A DNA stretch of 64,000 nt from Stegostoma tigrinum (lineage: Eukaryota): NCBI RefSeq assembly GCF_030684315.1, contig NC_081365.1, positions 32,143,394 through 32,207,393 on the forward strand, read 5' to 3'. Under the pieces are notes generated by a model, which searched no databases, had not been told where the DNA came from, and worked only from the letters and a program-made list of their open reading frames with translations. A program made the position numbers and the translations under genes. The number at the start of each line of letters is the position of its first letter. The first letter of the stretch is position 1. Positions 23,430 to 36,729 of the stretch are shown piece by piece.

Positions 23430-24985
23430 TTGCTCCTGCATCATTTGTGAGTTTGCATCGTTCATGTCGTCTCTGATCTTGTTTAAGACCATTGCACCTA
23501 CCTGAAGTTTATACATCATTGGACCTGACCTCGAATTGGGCATGTTTCTTACCCACACAGGGCCATTCCTGTGGTTTCAACACCAAACCTCATCCCCTGA
23601 AGTAAACTGCCTCTCTCACTTAGCAGAGTCTTGTGTCCGGTATTAGTGTTCCTGATGCCATTTCACCCTCTCCCTCAGGTCCAGAAAGATCAGATTTAAC
23701 CTGGTGCAGAGTCTTCTCTCCATCAACAACTCTGCTGGAGCTATCCCTGTAGCTGCACAAGGGCTGGCCCTATAATCACTTAGGAACCAGGGCAGTTTGG
23801 TATCTGGTTAAGCTGTAGACTGCTCCTTTAAGAACTGTGACAGTTCTTCCTGCCAGACCATTGAATGATGGATGGTATAGAGCTGTCCTTGTATGTCAAA
23901 TACCATTCAATAGTAGGAAACACTCAAATTCCCTGCTGGTAAATGATGGTCTGTAATCTGTGACCAATACTTCTGGAAGTCCATATATTGCAAAGAATGC
24001 ATGCTGCTTTTCTGTCATCATCCCGTGCTTGATGAATGAACTCTGTGAATGTCCAGCCACTTTGAGTGGGCGTCCACAATAGCTAAGAACGTCAAGCCCA
24101 TGAAAGGACCTGCATAGATGATATGTAACCAAGCCTAGGGTTTACCCCACCATTTCCAGGAATGTGGGGGAGGTGCAGGTAGTAATCTTTGATCTTGTTG
24201 GCACTCTGGGCATTGCCCCCGCTGAAGTGGCGCTGTCTGCATGCAATCCTGGCCACTATACATGACTTTGCACCAACACCTTCATTTTGGAAACCCCCGG
24301 ATGCCCCTGGTGGACTTCAGCCTGTACCAGATGGTGACCTTTGCTCGAAACAGTCACTCTAGCTGCCCATAATAATAAGCCAGGCCTTGTGGTGATCTGG
24401 TCTCTTCAAGTCCAAAAATGTTTCAATTCTGGTTATGATGGCCCTATCACCACCAGTTGTTTCAATTTTGCCAGGACTGGGTCATTCGGTGTCTAATGTC
24501 TGATATTGTCAGCCGTGACTGGAAGTGTGTCCAGAACATTTGTAACCATTACGGACTCTTCAACTGGTGGAACCACCACTGGTATCTGCCAGCAGGAGGC
24601 AGCTCAAGCCATCCACATTTATATGCATTTAGTATTATAGCCCACCACATAATTTGGCCTGAACCTACGGGCAGCACTGCCTTGTCTTCTTTAAGTAAGC
24701 CTAGCAGGGGTTTGTGGTCCATTATTATTACAAATTTATGTCTGTAAAAGGTATTGGTGGTATTCCTGACTCCAAATGTGTATGCAAATCCTTCCTTCTC
24801 TATCTGGGCATATTTACCCACTGTATTAGCCATGTTCCTAGATGCATATGCTATTGGGCGTTCCTCTCCATTGATCTATCACTGCCCCAACGCAGAATGG
24901 GGAAGAATCTCACATCAGCAGCAGATCTAATGTGGAGTTACAGTTTGCCAACTGGATGGTGACTGTTCCTTCACTTCCCTGGTAG
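23430..24985 (-). mobile_element. Gypsy LTR retrotransposon pol remnant (RNase H and integrase)
   Basis: YAQIEKEG..F.V..DHKPLLGLL (RNase H); FAIYGLPEVLVTD..PSFTSREF..FL..NGI.H.R.A.YHPS.NGLA.R (integrase); many stops and frameshifts. Confidence 0.88.
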
Positions 24986-26814
24986 CAGCAGGAAATTGTA
25001 ATATTAGTGAAGTATGAAAGGATGAAGGAAATTTAATGTAGGTGGCACAAAAAGGAGAAACATTATTGTGTAACTTTTGGATAAAGAATTATCTCAATCA
25101 CTGCAAGAATTGAAAGAGATCTCAGCAGTGGCTAGATACTTCTGTCTATGGGGAGCGGGAAAATACAACCAGTGGGTTACCTTAGCAACGTGCTGTATGG
25201 TTAATAAGATGAGTCTGCAGCGATACCTTGAGAAAGCCCACTAAGACTCATAGGAAAAAAACCTTCCGTGAAACTCATATGGATTTCTGGTAAGATTCGC
25301 ACCATTAATGGCCTGAATTTGGTTTTCACTTCTTCCTGTTCCTTTCTTCTGCTTGTCTTCCAACAGACCAGAACCCAGTCAAGGGACCTCTTCATAAGCT
25401 GGAACTTCTCCAAGACACCTGACACTGATGCTGCACAGTTCACTGCAGGGGCACAAAGTTCTCCTGGAGTTACAGGTGAATTCACGTAAACAACACACCC
25501 TCATGAATCAGCTGTGATTAAATGGTGGAGCAGATCTGATGGATCGAATGGCCTAATTCTGCTCCTACATCTTATGGTCTTGCGAGAGGAATAAAGAGTT
25601 CACCTAAAGTTCTGCTCAAAATTCTTCCTTAAACTATAAGCAGATTGCCTATTTTTCCTCCTGTTGATTTTACAGCCTGGCTTTAAATTTATTTTGCGAA
25701 CTCAGATTACAACGTAAAGACCAAAATATCGTAACACTGAGTTTCGCTGCTGCACAACTGGTTTCACCCTCTGTCACCAAATATCATCTGCTATAAGTGC
25801 TGTTAGATCTCACTCTGCTTGGCTGATATTACCCAATTCTCTTGGGTCATCCTGAGTGACAAAGCTACTATTAACTGGTTACCATATATCCCTCATCTAA
25901 GCCCTCCATCCTGTCATCTAACGGGCTTTCAAATTAATTTATGGGTTTCTTCCTCACCATTAAAGACCATCCATTTGACTGCCACTGCTGCTTCCTTGAT
26001 TTTCCTTGCTCTCGATGTCATATGCATTCCCATCTCCTACCATATATTTAGCTACTGATCCATCTGCTTTCCTATCTTCATTTGACTTAAAGAAAGTACA
26101 CATTGTCTCTAAATTGCTTGGAAATATCCTCAGATTACAAAAGACATTTTTAAGTAAAAAACTTCCTTTTCTTTCATCTCTTCACATTTTCTTTTCTTTT
26201 GCTGTCAGTGAACACTCCAAGTCAAGTTGTCTGTGAGATTCCTTATTTGTTTTCTCAACACTATTGCTAGTAAATTCCTGAACATTCATTTCCACAGCTG
26301 GTCCCCAATGATTGGTTCCCTTACTTCAGTTTCATAGCCTCTGTCGTCAACCTCCTGCACAATGTTCATCTTCAATTATCTTTTCTCATTTACATTCCTT
26401 CCTTCTCCAAACATCTGAAACATTTTGTTACCTTCCATATCTGTGCACATCTTTTCCACAAATCTGTTCAGATCCTTCCAATCAGGTTTTTGCCCCTCCC
26501 ACAGAATTGAAATGGCTTTGAACTACATTACACCAGTGACAAAACGTAAACAGTACTTGACATAAAAATAAATTGCATGCAGAGGTCATGAAAGGTGTAT
26601 AAAGATGCAATCCTGTCTTCCTCTCTGTGCTATATTTTCTCCCTTCCTCCTTTTCTCCCTTCCTTGCTTCCATCATGAATGAAATTTTCTATGTGTGTTT
26701 GCAAAATGCATAATGTTCATTTCATCACTCCTGCTTAGTTTAGTGGCCAGCCCAGACTTTCAATATCCTGCCTTGACCCAAGAAACATAGGTATTAACCC
26801 TGTCCTCCTGAATT

Positions 26815-26985
26815 GTTTATTTATTTATGGGATGTGGGCATCACCAGTGAGACTGGCAGTTATTACCCTTTCCTATTTGCCCAGAGGACAATTAGGAGCC
26901 AATCACATTGCTGTGGGTCTGGAGTCACATGTAGGCCAACTCACGTAAGGACAGTAAAATGCTGCCTCTAAAGGACATGAGAGAA
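26815..26985 (-). mobile_element. SacSINE1-type SINE 3' fragment
   Basis: Antisense of the 19650-19830 segment (cacattgctgtgggtctggagtcacatgtaggcc). Confidence 0.7.
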
Positions 26986-27353
26986 TAGGTCTGGGCTGAT
27001 GCCACAGCTGTCCTTGAGTGTGTCATAATATGTCCGAATTTGTTGCTTTGAATAAAAGAGAATCCACTCACTCTGGACATTGGACAAGATAGCCCTGAGC
27101 ACTATCCTGCAAGTGTTGAGTGCAGGCCATAAACTAACCAATAGCCACTATGTTCTCATGGAATATTGTGCAACTTATGTGCTATAGATGTATTTGTTCA
27201 GTTGATTTTCTTTCATAATTTTTTCAACAGTAGAACGATGACTCTTAAGGAATGTCCTGACCTCTTCACTGAGAATAAAAAGATTCTGCCTTCTACATTA
27301 TATGTGGAGATATATTTAAATGCAGCCTATTGAGAACAGAAAGAAGCACAAGG

Positions 27354-27417
27354 ATGTTATGCCAAGTACTCTGCTTTTACGTTCTTGCAATTTTGCAACT
27401 CCAGGCTGTGACTACAG
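27354..27417 (+). CDS. HHLA2: HHLA2/B7-H7-like coding exon 1: signal peptide
   Basis: ATG at 27354 (aggATG, purine at -3); MLCQVLCFYVLAILQLQAVTT(G); phase-1 donor AG|GTAACA at 27418, in frame with the IgV exon. Confidence 0.8.
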
Positions 27418-27894
27418 GTAACAACCTATTTTATTGACATGTTATATTTACATGTTGACTTATGCTATAAAATTTTTCAAAGTTAAATTAGCTATAAACT
27501 CTTAAAAATGACAGAGAAATTAATGTAATAAAGTAGAAAATTGCAGAACATCTTTTTTACACATTGTGTTAATAATTATCAACAGCTTTACCACAACTGA
27601 TTACTGAGTGTTTACCAATGGTGCCTGTAAATAGTTCATGTTTCAAACTATTGGGTCCATTGCTCTTTATTTACTAGCACATCTGGAGGTGTGCTAGAAT
27701 AATGATCTTATAATATTCTTTAATAGAGAATTAGACAAGTGTTTTAAAAAATAAAAAAGTATTAAGGATATGGAAAATGAAATTAGAAAGGTAGATATTA
27801 ACATTTGGTCACAACCCTTTTTTAATAGAAAAGAGGCCATGCCTCTAGCAAAAATAGTTTTCATTAAATAGAACCGACATGTGGGGCAACCCCA

Positions 27895-28758
27895 CAACTA
27901 AAGAGATATTTCCCTCCCTACCCCTATCTGCCTTTTGCAGGGACTGCTCTCTCCGCAGCTCCCTCATCCACTCCACACTCCCCACTAAGCCTTTCTAACA
28001 CCAGCACCTTTCTCTGCAACTGCAGAAAATGCTACTCCTGTCCCTACACCTCACTCCCCTCATCTCCATTCAAGGTCCAAAATAAAGCTTCCACATTAGA
28101 CAGGGGTTCACCAGCACATCCCTCAATTTGGTCTACTACATCTGCTGCAAGCAATGTGGCCTCCTCTGCATTGGTGAGACTAACATAGACTCGGAGACCA
28201 TTTCGTACATCATTTGTGCTCTGTACGCAACAAACAACAACATCTGGTTGTCAACCATTTTAACTTCCCCTCCCACTCCCTGGGTGACATGTAGATCCTG
28301 GGCTTTCTCCAGTGTCACAATGATGCCACATGCTAACTACAGGAGAAACACCTCATATTCTGCCTTGGGAGCCTACAGCCCGATGGCCTAAACCTAGAAT
28401 TTACCAGTTTTAAAATCTCCCCAACCCAGGCCCAATCCCATGTCTAAGCCTCCCTCTCATCCCCGCCTCCTTGACCTGAGGCATCTGTCCATTTTATCTC
28501 CCACCTATTCATCCCACTGACCAATCCCCACCATTCCCTAAGTGCACTAACCTATCACCATTCCACCTACCCTCCCCAGCACCACCCCTCCTCTCTCTAT
28601 TTACTTCCCAGCTCCCTAGCCCTTCCCTATTTCTGAAGAAGGGTCCTGATCCAAAACATCAACTTTCCTGCTCCTCTGATGCTGCTTGGCCTGCTGTGTT
28701 CCTCCAGCTCCACACTGCGTTATCTCTGACTCCAGCATCTGCAGTTCCTGCTATCTCT
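27895..28758 (+). mobile_element. Degenerate Neptune-type PLE in HHLA2 intron
   Basis: VYYICCKQCGLLCIGET; terminal repeat ends ctccagcatctgcagttcctgctatctc; damaged hammerhead at 28633-28660. Confidence 0.85.
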
Positions 28759-29223
28759 AAGTGACAATATGTCCTAAACAGGGTTTAGCAGGGAGGAGAA
28801 GTAGATGGTTTCAGGTGGCCCTGTTATTTTATGCAGTTAATTTGTTGACCCCTTCTTAACAAAGAAGTCCAGGAGCTTCTCATATATTTTGTTAGATACA
28901 GAAATGAAGAAGTAGAGGAAAGAGGTTTAAGAAAATGGTTTTGCAGAAACGTTAGGAAACCTGTGGTTATCTGTGCATACTGGCAATGTTCCTGGAATAG
29001 TACAAATCAATTTTACATGCCAAAATTCTAGATTTAACCTCTATTTTGTTAATCAGTTCCAAAAGCCAGCCTCTAAACAGTGATTGACACTGTGCATAAT
29101 TATTGCTGGTGAACATTCACTTTATAATTAATTAACATGATCTATTTTTGAAATTTGGATCATAAATTTCAAGCATATTCTTTTCAACAATAAAGATAAA
29201 CCTTTTGTTCTCTTTTCTTTTAG

Positions 29224-29550
29224 GTGGGAGCATAATAGGTATCATTTCCAAGGATGTCGTTTTGCCATGTAAATTTCAACCAACACAAATATCTGAAGTA
29301 GTGCTTCACTGGATGCGCATTGCACACCCTACAAACATTGTAGTTCACAGCTTTTATCGAGGAAAAGATCAGCTATTGAAACAAGATCAAAGCTACAGAG
29401 GAAGAACAATGCTTTTTGAGAATGAGATAATGAGAGGAAATGCATCGCTTCAGCTTTCAAGAATTAACAAGAATGATGAAGGAAAGTACCAATGTTACAT
29501 CAGTTTGTCTAAAGGGAAACAAGAAATTGACATCTTGCTACAAGTGGCTG
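29224..29550 (+). CDS. HHLA2: HHLA2/B7-H7-like coding exon 2: B7/butyrophilin-type IgV domain
   Basis: Acceptor tcttttcttttAG and donor G|GTCAGA; 327 nt, phase 1-1. Motifs DVVLPC, VVLHW, VVHSFY..KDQL..QD.SYRGRT.LF, GNASLQL and DEGKYQC are typical of B7-family V domains. Confidence 0.9.
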
Positions 29551-29779
29551 GTCAGAAATATGTAATTTTCCATTGAAAATGTCTTCTATGAATTAAGTTA
29601 CAATTTTAAAAAACCTACAGAATGTGAAAATGTTTAACACTTAACAAGGATTTAAAGAACAAAATTTGAAGCATAATATCAAATTAAACTTTAAATAATA
29701 CTTATCTAAGAAAATGGAAACAGGAGGTCAGTCAACGCTATTCAATTAGATCAGAGCTGATCTTTACCTCAACTCCATT

Positions 29780-30545
29780 CATCATAAGAACATAAGAAGT
29801 AGGAATAGGTTGTTCTGTTTCTTGAACTGACTCCACCATTCATTGAGGTTTTCGCTTATCTCATACTTGAACAAAATTTTCATGTTGCAATCCCTGTGCC
29901 CCTTAATGTTTTAACATCTATAATTCTATCAATCTCAGTCTTGAATATACGCAATGTCGGAGCCTCCACGGCCAGTGGTGTAGAAAATTCCAAAGATTCA
30001 CCATTCTCTGAGTGAAAAGCACCTCCACCTCTCAGTCCTAGTTGGCCATCCCATATCCTCAGACTATGTCTCCTGGCTCAAGATGCCACAGGCAGGGGAG
30101 ATATCCTCCCTGCACCTACTTTGTCTATCCCCTTAAGAAGGTTTTATTTTTGAAAGAGAATTTCTCATGCGTCAAACCTTAATAGAATGCAGGCCATTCT
30201 ACGTAACCTTTCGGACAATCTTTCTAATCCAGAATTTAACTTGTTTAACTTTTGTTGCGCTCGAAGGCAAGTAGCTAAGAAAACCATGACTGCACACAAT
30301 ATTCTGTGGTCTCACAAAGCCTTTTTATACTTGTAGCAAAACATTTTTACTTCTATACTCAAATTCTCATATAGTAAAAGGTAACATATTACTTGCCTTG
30401 TTAATGGTTTCTGTACCTGCATGTTGACTTTCAGAGACTCGTGAGCAAGAATATCCAAGTGTCTTTAATACTCACACTTCTAGTTTCTTACTATTTAAGA
30501 AATATTCTGTCTTACTATTTTTCCTAACAAAACAGGATAACTTGC
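29780..30545 (-). mobile_element. CR1 3' fragment
   Basis: cataagaacataagaagtagga tail and antisense CR1 ORF2 end. Confidence 0.7.
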
Positions 30546-32629
30546 CTAACTTGTAAAATGAGGCACCACTTTCCTTTATCTGCCATGTCGGGGCAATTGT
30601 CAGGCACCCATACAAGACTGCTCAGGACCAGTGTTGCTTGTCTGGTACTCAATGTTCTTTTAAAGATGATGCTGGGTCCAGGGATGTCAGCCCATTGTAG
30701 GATATCCCTGCAGCAGAGAGTTTTTCTATGTATTGTGAGTGGTAGAATGGTGCTAGATTCAGACAAGTGGAGCAGCACAGGAGTGGGTCATACAGTTAGT
30801 GGGATATGTTTGGTAAGATGCAGCTATTAAACTTACAAGGCTTTGTGGAGAGAAATAATCCATCAAACTTGAAGAAACTAACACTTTGCCGAAAAGATGT
30901 AAGATTATAGACTTACTTTGTCAAAACATATATTTAAATACATGGAGTAGGCCATTTGGCCCCTCAAGCCTGCTCTGCCATTTAACAATTGTTGATCTGA
31001 CTGTAACTTTTAAACTACCTTCCTATCCCTGATAATCTTTCATCCTTTGCTTGTCAAAACCTATCCACCTCTGCCTTGGATTTGTTAAGTTTATTTCCTT
31101 ATTTCCTTTTATTCTCCTGACTTCACTGTTAATGTATCCACATTTGCTTTTCCCAATCTTCATTTTTACATATCTACAAAAGCTTCTTTGATCAGTTTTT
31201 ATGCTTCATGCTATTTCACACTCGTGTTTTATTTTTTCTTTCTCAATCTTTATGATGGTCCCCCTTTTCAAAATTCTAAAATGCTCAGGCTTACCATTTG
31301 TTGGAACATTTACATGTCTCTTTCTTTGATCTAATACAAATCTAATATCGTTGACATTTTTAAACCACAGTTGGAAAACTTTCTTTGCCTGACTTTTGTG
31401 CATTAAAGGAATGTATTTTTGTTGTAATGTTTAGATTTAAACCATTTCCTGTTTACCATTAGACATTTTAATATACTTTCCTTACCCACCGTCATTTGCC
31501 CATTATATCTTCACGTTTTCCTTTGTATACGTTGAAGCATCTATTTTTGAGTGAACTACATTGCTTTCATTCTTAATCAAAAATTCTACCATATCAAGTT
31601 TACTCTTTTCTAAAGTCTCCTTTAGAGCAAGATTATTAATCAACCCTTTGTCATTGCACAATTAAAAAACATCCACCTTCGATCCATATCTCAAAGACAC
31701 CCTGGAAATGTAGAAGGACACTTATATACAACTTTCGATATGGTGTTGCGGAATAGTTTGAGTAAATTGAAAACATCTCAAAAGATGTAGACCACTAATA
31801 CACTTAGATGAGAATGTAAAAGTTCAGTATATGGCCAACGCAATGCTCATTTATGGATCTGACTTTAGGATGCAATGCCTTAGAGACTGATAAGTATCTT
31901 GGAAAAGGATAAGATAAAAGCTTGATGGGAAACGTGAGCATGAGAAGGGCTAGTCTTGCGGGCACCATTTCTCATGTTTGTTTTATAACAGGATGCTTGA
32001 TATTGAGCTTGGGCAGTAAGTGAATTGGCATTAATGCTGAAGCTCAAGTAAATCAATGATTTTGTCACATCTGACAGAATGTATAAAGTTTTAACTCATT
32101 CAAAACTAACCACCCACAGAGTCAAAATTGGCTTATCTCCCAGTTTTTTAGCAGGAAGAGAAAGAGGCAAGAAGCTTCTACAACTAAGTTTTCCCTCAAA
32201 TTGTATCATTCAAGACTCTTTTCTTCATAAAAACACGTTTTAATGTTATTTATTTGAGTTACGGCAATATTAATTCTTTTAATTGTTTCTGGAGTTAATC
32301 ACCATTGTTCCTCCGAAGAGTCAGACATGTTGCTGAGTCCTGACAGGAGAATTAATCTATTGTTCTGCAATCTAAGAAAAAATAGTCAGGAAATCAAATT
32401 TCATATTTAATGAACAGTTAGCATTTTCACTAATCCTATACATATTACCACAATTCCATTAAGGTTATAAGCCTTTAGTGCATTATAAAAATACAGCACT
32501 ATCCAGAATGTTTGGTGTGCAGTGGCATTTATTTGCCTCTGAGATAAAAGTCCAGACTTTGATTTTCACTCCAGGATTTGATGACCATGGAAGGTGTGGA
32601 TGTTATTTGCCTAAACATATATGTAAATA

Positions 32630-34570
32630 CACAGAAACATGGACTAGGCCATTTGGCCCCTCAAACCTGCTCTGCCATTTAATAAGATTATGGTTGATCT
32701 GACTGTAAACTCAAATCCACATTCCTACCCTGATAATATTTTCACTCCTTGCTTACCAAGAATCTATCCCCCTGTGCCTTCAAAGTATTCAAAGTCTCTG
32801 TTTCCACCACCATTTTAGGAAGTGGGTTTCGAAGACTCATGTCCCTCTGAGAGAAAAACATTCACCCAATCTTCGTTTTAGTGGGTAGCCGCTTATTTGT
32901 AAATAGTAACTCCTAGCTCTAGATTACCCTATGAAAGAAAACATTGTCTCCACAGCTGTCCTGTCATGATTTTATGTATCTTATATATTTTAATCAGGCT
33001 GCCTGTTTCTCTTCTAAACTCCTGTAGATACAAGGTAGACAAACAGGAGGCTGGAAGAACACAGTAGGCCAGGCATTATCCGGAAGAAAAGAGAAGTCAA
33101 TGTTTCAGGTCTTACCCTTCTTCAGGATGGGATGTGGGGATAAGGGGAGCTGCAGATAAATGGAGAGGGGTAATGGGGTAGCAGGTTGGTGGTGGTAGGT
33201 GGATAGCGGTAGTAGGTATGACGTGGGGGGTTGATGGCAGGGATGAATCCAGACCTCCCTACTGTTGTATCTACTACTGGTGCCCACTTATTACCATCAA
33301 TTGGCTATCCCTCTGTCTCCATCCCTCTTTTTATCTGCAGCTCCCCTCTAACTCCACATCCAGTCCTAAAGATGGGTAATACCGGAAATGTTGACTTCTC
33401 TTTTCCTCTAGATGCTGCCTGGCATGCAGTGTTATTATCTGCTCAACTTAGATTTACTCATTTATGCAGGAAGGTGCCCAAATCCCTCTGAACTGCAGGT
33501 TTCTGCAGTTTTTTTTCTATTTACATAATATTCAGCTCATCTACTTTTCTTGCCAAATTGCGCAACCTCATATTTTCCCATATTATATTCCATCTGCCAA
33601 GGCTTCGTCCACTTACCATCTGTCTATAACCCTCTGTAGATTCATCCTCACCACTTGCCTTCCTATCTATTCTTTGTGTTTTTCACAAATTTGCCAATGG
33701 TGTATTCACATTCCTCTTCCAAGACATTAATACATATATAAGTAATTATGGTTCCAGCAATGACCCTTGTGGTACTTCACTAGTTAAAGGTTGCCATCTT
33801 GAAAATGCCACCCCTTATTGCAAAATCTCTGTCTTCTATTAGTTATCCAATCCTCTAGCCATGCTGATGTATTACCTCCAACACTGTGGGCTCTTTTCTT
33901 ATGAAGTAATCTAATGTGTGGTACCTTATCGAACGCCTTTTAGGAATCTAAAAATATTATATCTACTGCCTCCCTAATATCTATTCTGCTTTCTTCCTCT
34001 TCAAAGAATTCTAATCGAGTTATCAGGCATGACTTCTCTTTCATAAAGTCCTATTGATTCTGCTTGATTTATTTTATATGTTTCTAAATGCTTTGCTGAT
34101 AAAACCTTTGTGATAGATTCTAATGTATTCCGGTTTGCGTATAATAAACTAGCTGGACTGTAGCTTCCTGTTTTTGTCTCCTTTCCTTTTTGAATAAAGG
34201 GTGTTACATTAACAGTTCTCCAATCCTCCATGAGTTTTCTATAATTTAAGATCCCTTGAAAGATTACTATCTGTGGATCCACCATCTCTGTACCTACTTC
34301 CTTTAATAGCCTAATATGCAAACCATTAGATACAGGGATTTATTGGCTTTAACTTCAATAGTATTTTTTTTCTTATGAGAGTTTTTGATTCATAATAATG
34401 TAGCAATTTTGGAATGCTATTTGTGTCTTCTAACAAAATATTTATTCAACTCTTCTGCCACTTCCTGTTTCACCATTATTAATTCCCCAGCTTTGTTCCT
34501 TAAGGGATCTAAGTTCCATATCCTTTGGCTTACTTATCCATGTTCTATGTCTTTTCTTTTGGTTTTTCTT
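32630..34570 (-). mobile_element. Degenerate CR1 carrying an inverted PLE terminal-repeat pair at about 33031-33430
   Basis: HIRLLKEV..IFQ..L...EDWRTVNVTP (34001-34321); PLE ends face in opposite directions inside it. Confidence 0.8.
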
Positions 34571-34589
34571 TTACTTTTGTAAGAGGAAC

Positions 34590-35990
34590 AGTTTCCTAAA
34601 TGGTAAGCATTTCAACAGTGTAGAAATACAAAGGAACCCAGATGTCCTTGTCAGTAATTTTCTGAAGGTTTACATGGAAGTGTAGGAAGTAATTGGTAAA
34701 TTGGTAAAGGGTAAATGGTAGAGTAGCCTTTAATGCTAAAGGATTGAGTTACAGAAGTAACAAAGCCTTGCTTCAATTGTATGGAGCCTTTATTCGATTA
34801 CACCGATGTTACATGTTGCTGCTTTGTTCTCATCAAGTCATAGTCATACAGCACAGAAACAGACCCTTCTGTCCAACCAGTCCATGGCCGAACCTAATCC
34901 CACATGAAACTAGTCCCACCTGCCTGCTCCTCGCTCATATCCTTCCAAATCTTTCCTATTCATGAACCAATCGAAATGTCTTTTAAACATTGTTATTGTA
35001 TCTACATCCATCACTTCCTCAGGAAATTCGTTCCACACACGAACCATCCTGTGTAAAAAATATGCCCCTCATGTCTATTTTAAGTCCCTGTCCTCTCGCC
35101 TTACGAATGTACCCCTTAGTTTTGAAATCCTCTTACCTTGGGAAAAGACAACTACCATTAACCCTATCTATACCCCTCATGGTTTTATAAAATTCTATAA
35201 AGTCACCTCTTAACCTCTTACGCTCCATTGAAAGAAGTCCCAGTCTATGCATCCTTTCTTTTTTCATTATCATGAGAAAGATATGACCATATAGAATGAA
35301 TGTGTAGAGGGAGTGCAATGAAGGTTCACCAGACTTGTTCCTGGGATAGTGGGACTCTTCGATGAAGAGAGATTGGAGAGACTGGGCTTGTATTGTTTGA
35401 AGATAGCAAGAACTGCAGATGCTGGGGTCAGTGACAGCACAGCGTAGAGCTGGAGGAACACAGCAGGTCAGGCAGCTTCAGAGGAGCAGGAAAGTCAATG
35501 TTTCAGTTCTAAAGAAGGGTCCCAATCTGAAATGTTGATTTTCCTACTCTTCTGATGTTGCCTGACCTGCTGTGATTCTCCAACTCCACACTGTTGTTTC
35601 TGTATTCTTTAGAATTTTGAAGAATGAGGGGTGATCTCATTGAAACCTATTAAACACTTAAAGTGACACAAGGATAGGTGCAGGTAGTATGATTCCCCCA
35701 GCTAGGGAGTCTAGGCCTAGGGTACACAATTTCAAAATAAGGGGGATCCACTTGGGACAGAAATAAAAAGAATTTTCTTTACACGGAGTGTTGTGAATCT
35801 TTTGAAGTCTCTACCTGAGAGGGCTATGGAAGCTCAATCATTGAGTATGTTTATAGCAAAGATTGGAGGTTTCTAAATGAAATCGACATAAAGGGGTATA
35901 GAGATAATGTGAGTAAAAGGTGTCGAAGTTGAATGAATGGTATAGTGGTCTTAGCAGATTGAATGGCCCATTCTTAGCCCCATGTTCCTC
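34590..35990. mobile_element. Nested CR1s: + host (about 34590-34805 and 35285-35990) with a - CR1 3' end (about 34835-35250) and a PLE fold-back (about 35402-35600)
   Basis: LLQLYGAFIRLH and LGL.S.E.RR.RGDLIE motifs occur on both strands. Confidence 0.75.
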
Positions 35991-36002
35991 TATAACTTGC
36001 CA

Positions 36003-36322
36003 TGGCAGCACAGTGATTAGCACTGCTGTCTCACAGCGCCAGCAACCTGCGTTTGATTTCAGCCTTGGGTGACTATCTGTGTGGAGTCTGCACATTCTGC
36101 CCATGTTTGCATGGGTTTCCTCCCACCGTCGAAAAATGTGCAGGTTATCTGGGTTGACCATGATAACTCGCTCTGTAGTGTCCAGGGATGTGTGGATTTA
36201 GATGGATTAGCCACGAGAAATATGAGAATAGGGTGGGGGCTGGGTCAAGGTGAGATGCACTTCAGAGGGTTGGTGCCAATCCAATGGGTCAAATAGTCTC
36301 TTTCTGTACAGTACGGATTCTA
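36003..36322 (+). mobile_element. HE1-type SINE
   Basis: ggcagcacagtgattagcactgctgtctcacagcgccag head and conserved body. Confidence 0.8.
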
Positions 36323-36729
36323 ATTTGCACATGGTAATGCAGAGGAAACTTTGAATCATTAGTACATTTGATTGTTAAGCTTTTGACAACCTAATATTGC
36401 AAAACAAAATTACAGGTAAATTGTTTTGACTATAGTCATGGCTCAGATTTGTTTTGCATTGTTGAAATTTTGTTCATAATTGGAGATTTCCAGAAAAATA
36501 TTGACAACATATTTACTTATATTCAGCAATACTATATAATCTTTCCGTGCATATGTATTGAGAGGCATTAAAATAAATGTTGGGTAGTTTTCACTCTCTA
36601 AACCCTTGTGATTTATCACATAACAGTCTTTCTATGAAAACTTCTTTCAAATCCATCACTTCAAGTAAACTTTGGAATGCCCCTACTATTCTTTTGTTTT
36701 ATCTTAGTTTCTGTTATCCATACATATTG

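Noticed and set aside
29205-29576. ORF-track starts and ends for the Ig and TM ORFs (also 38112-38519 and 48644-48868)
   Set aside because: The extra N-terminal residues, and the C-terminal extensions of the two Ig ORFs, are intron read-through; the real limits are the splice sites given.
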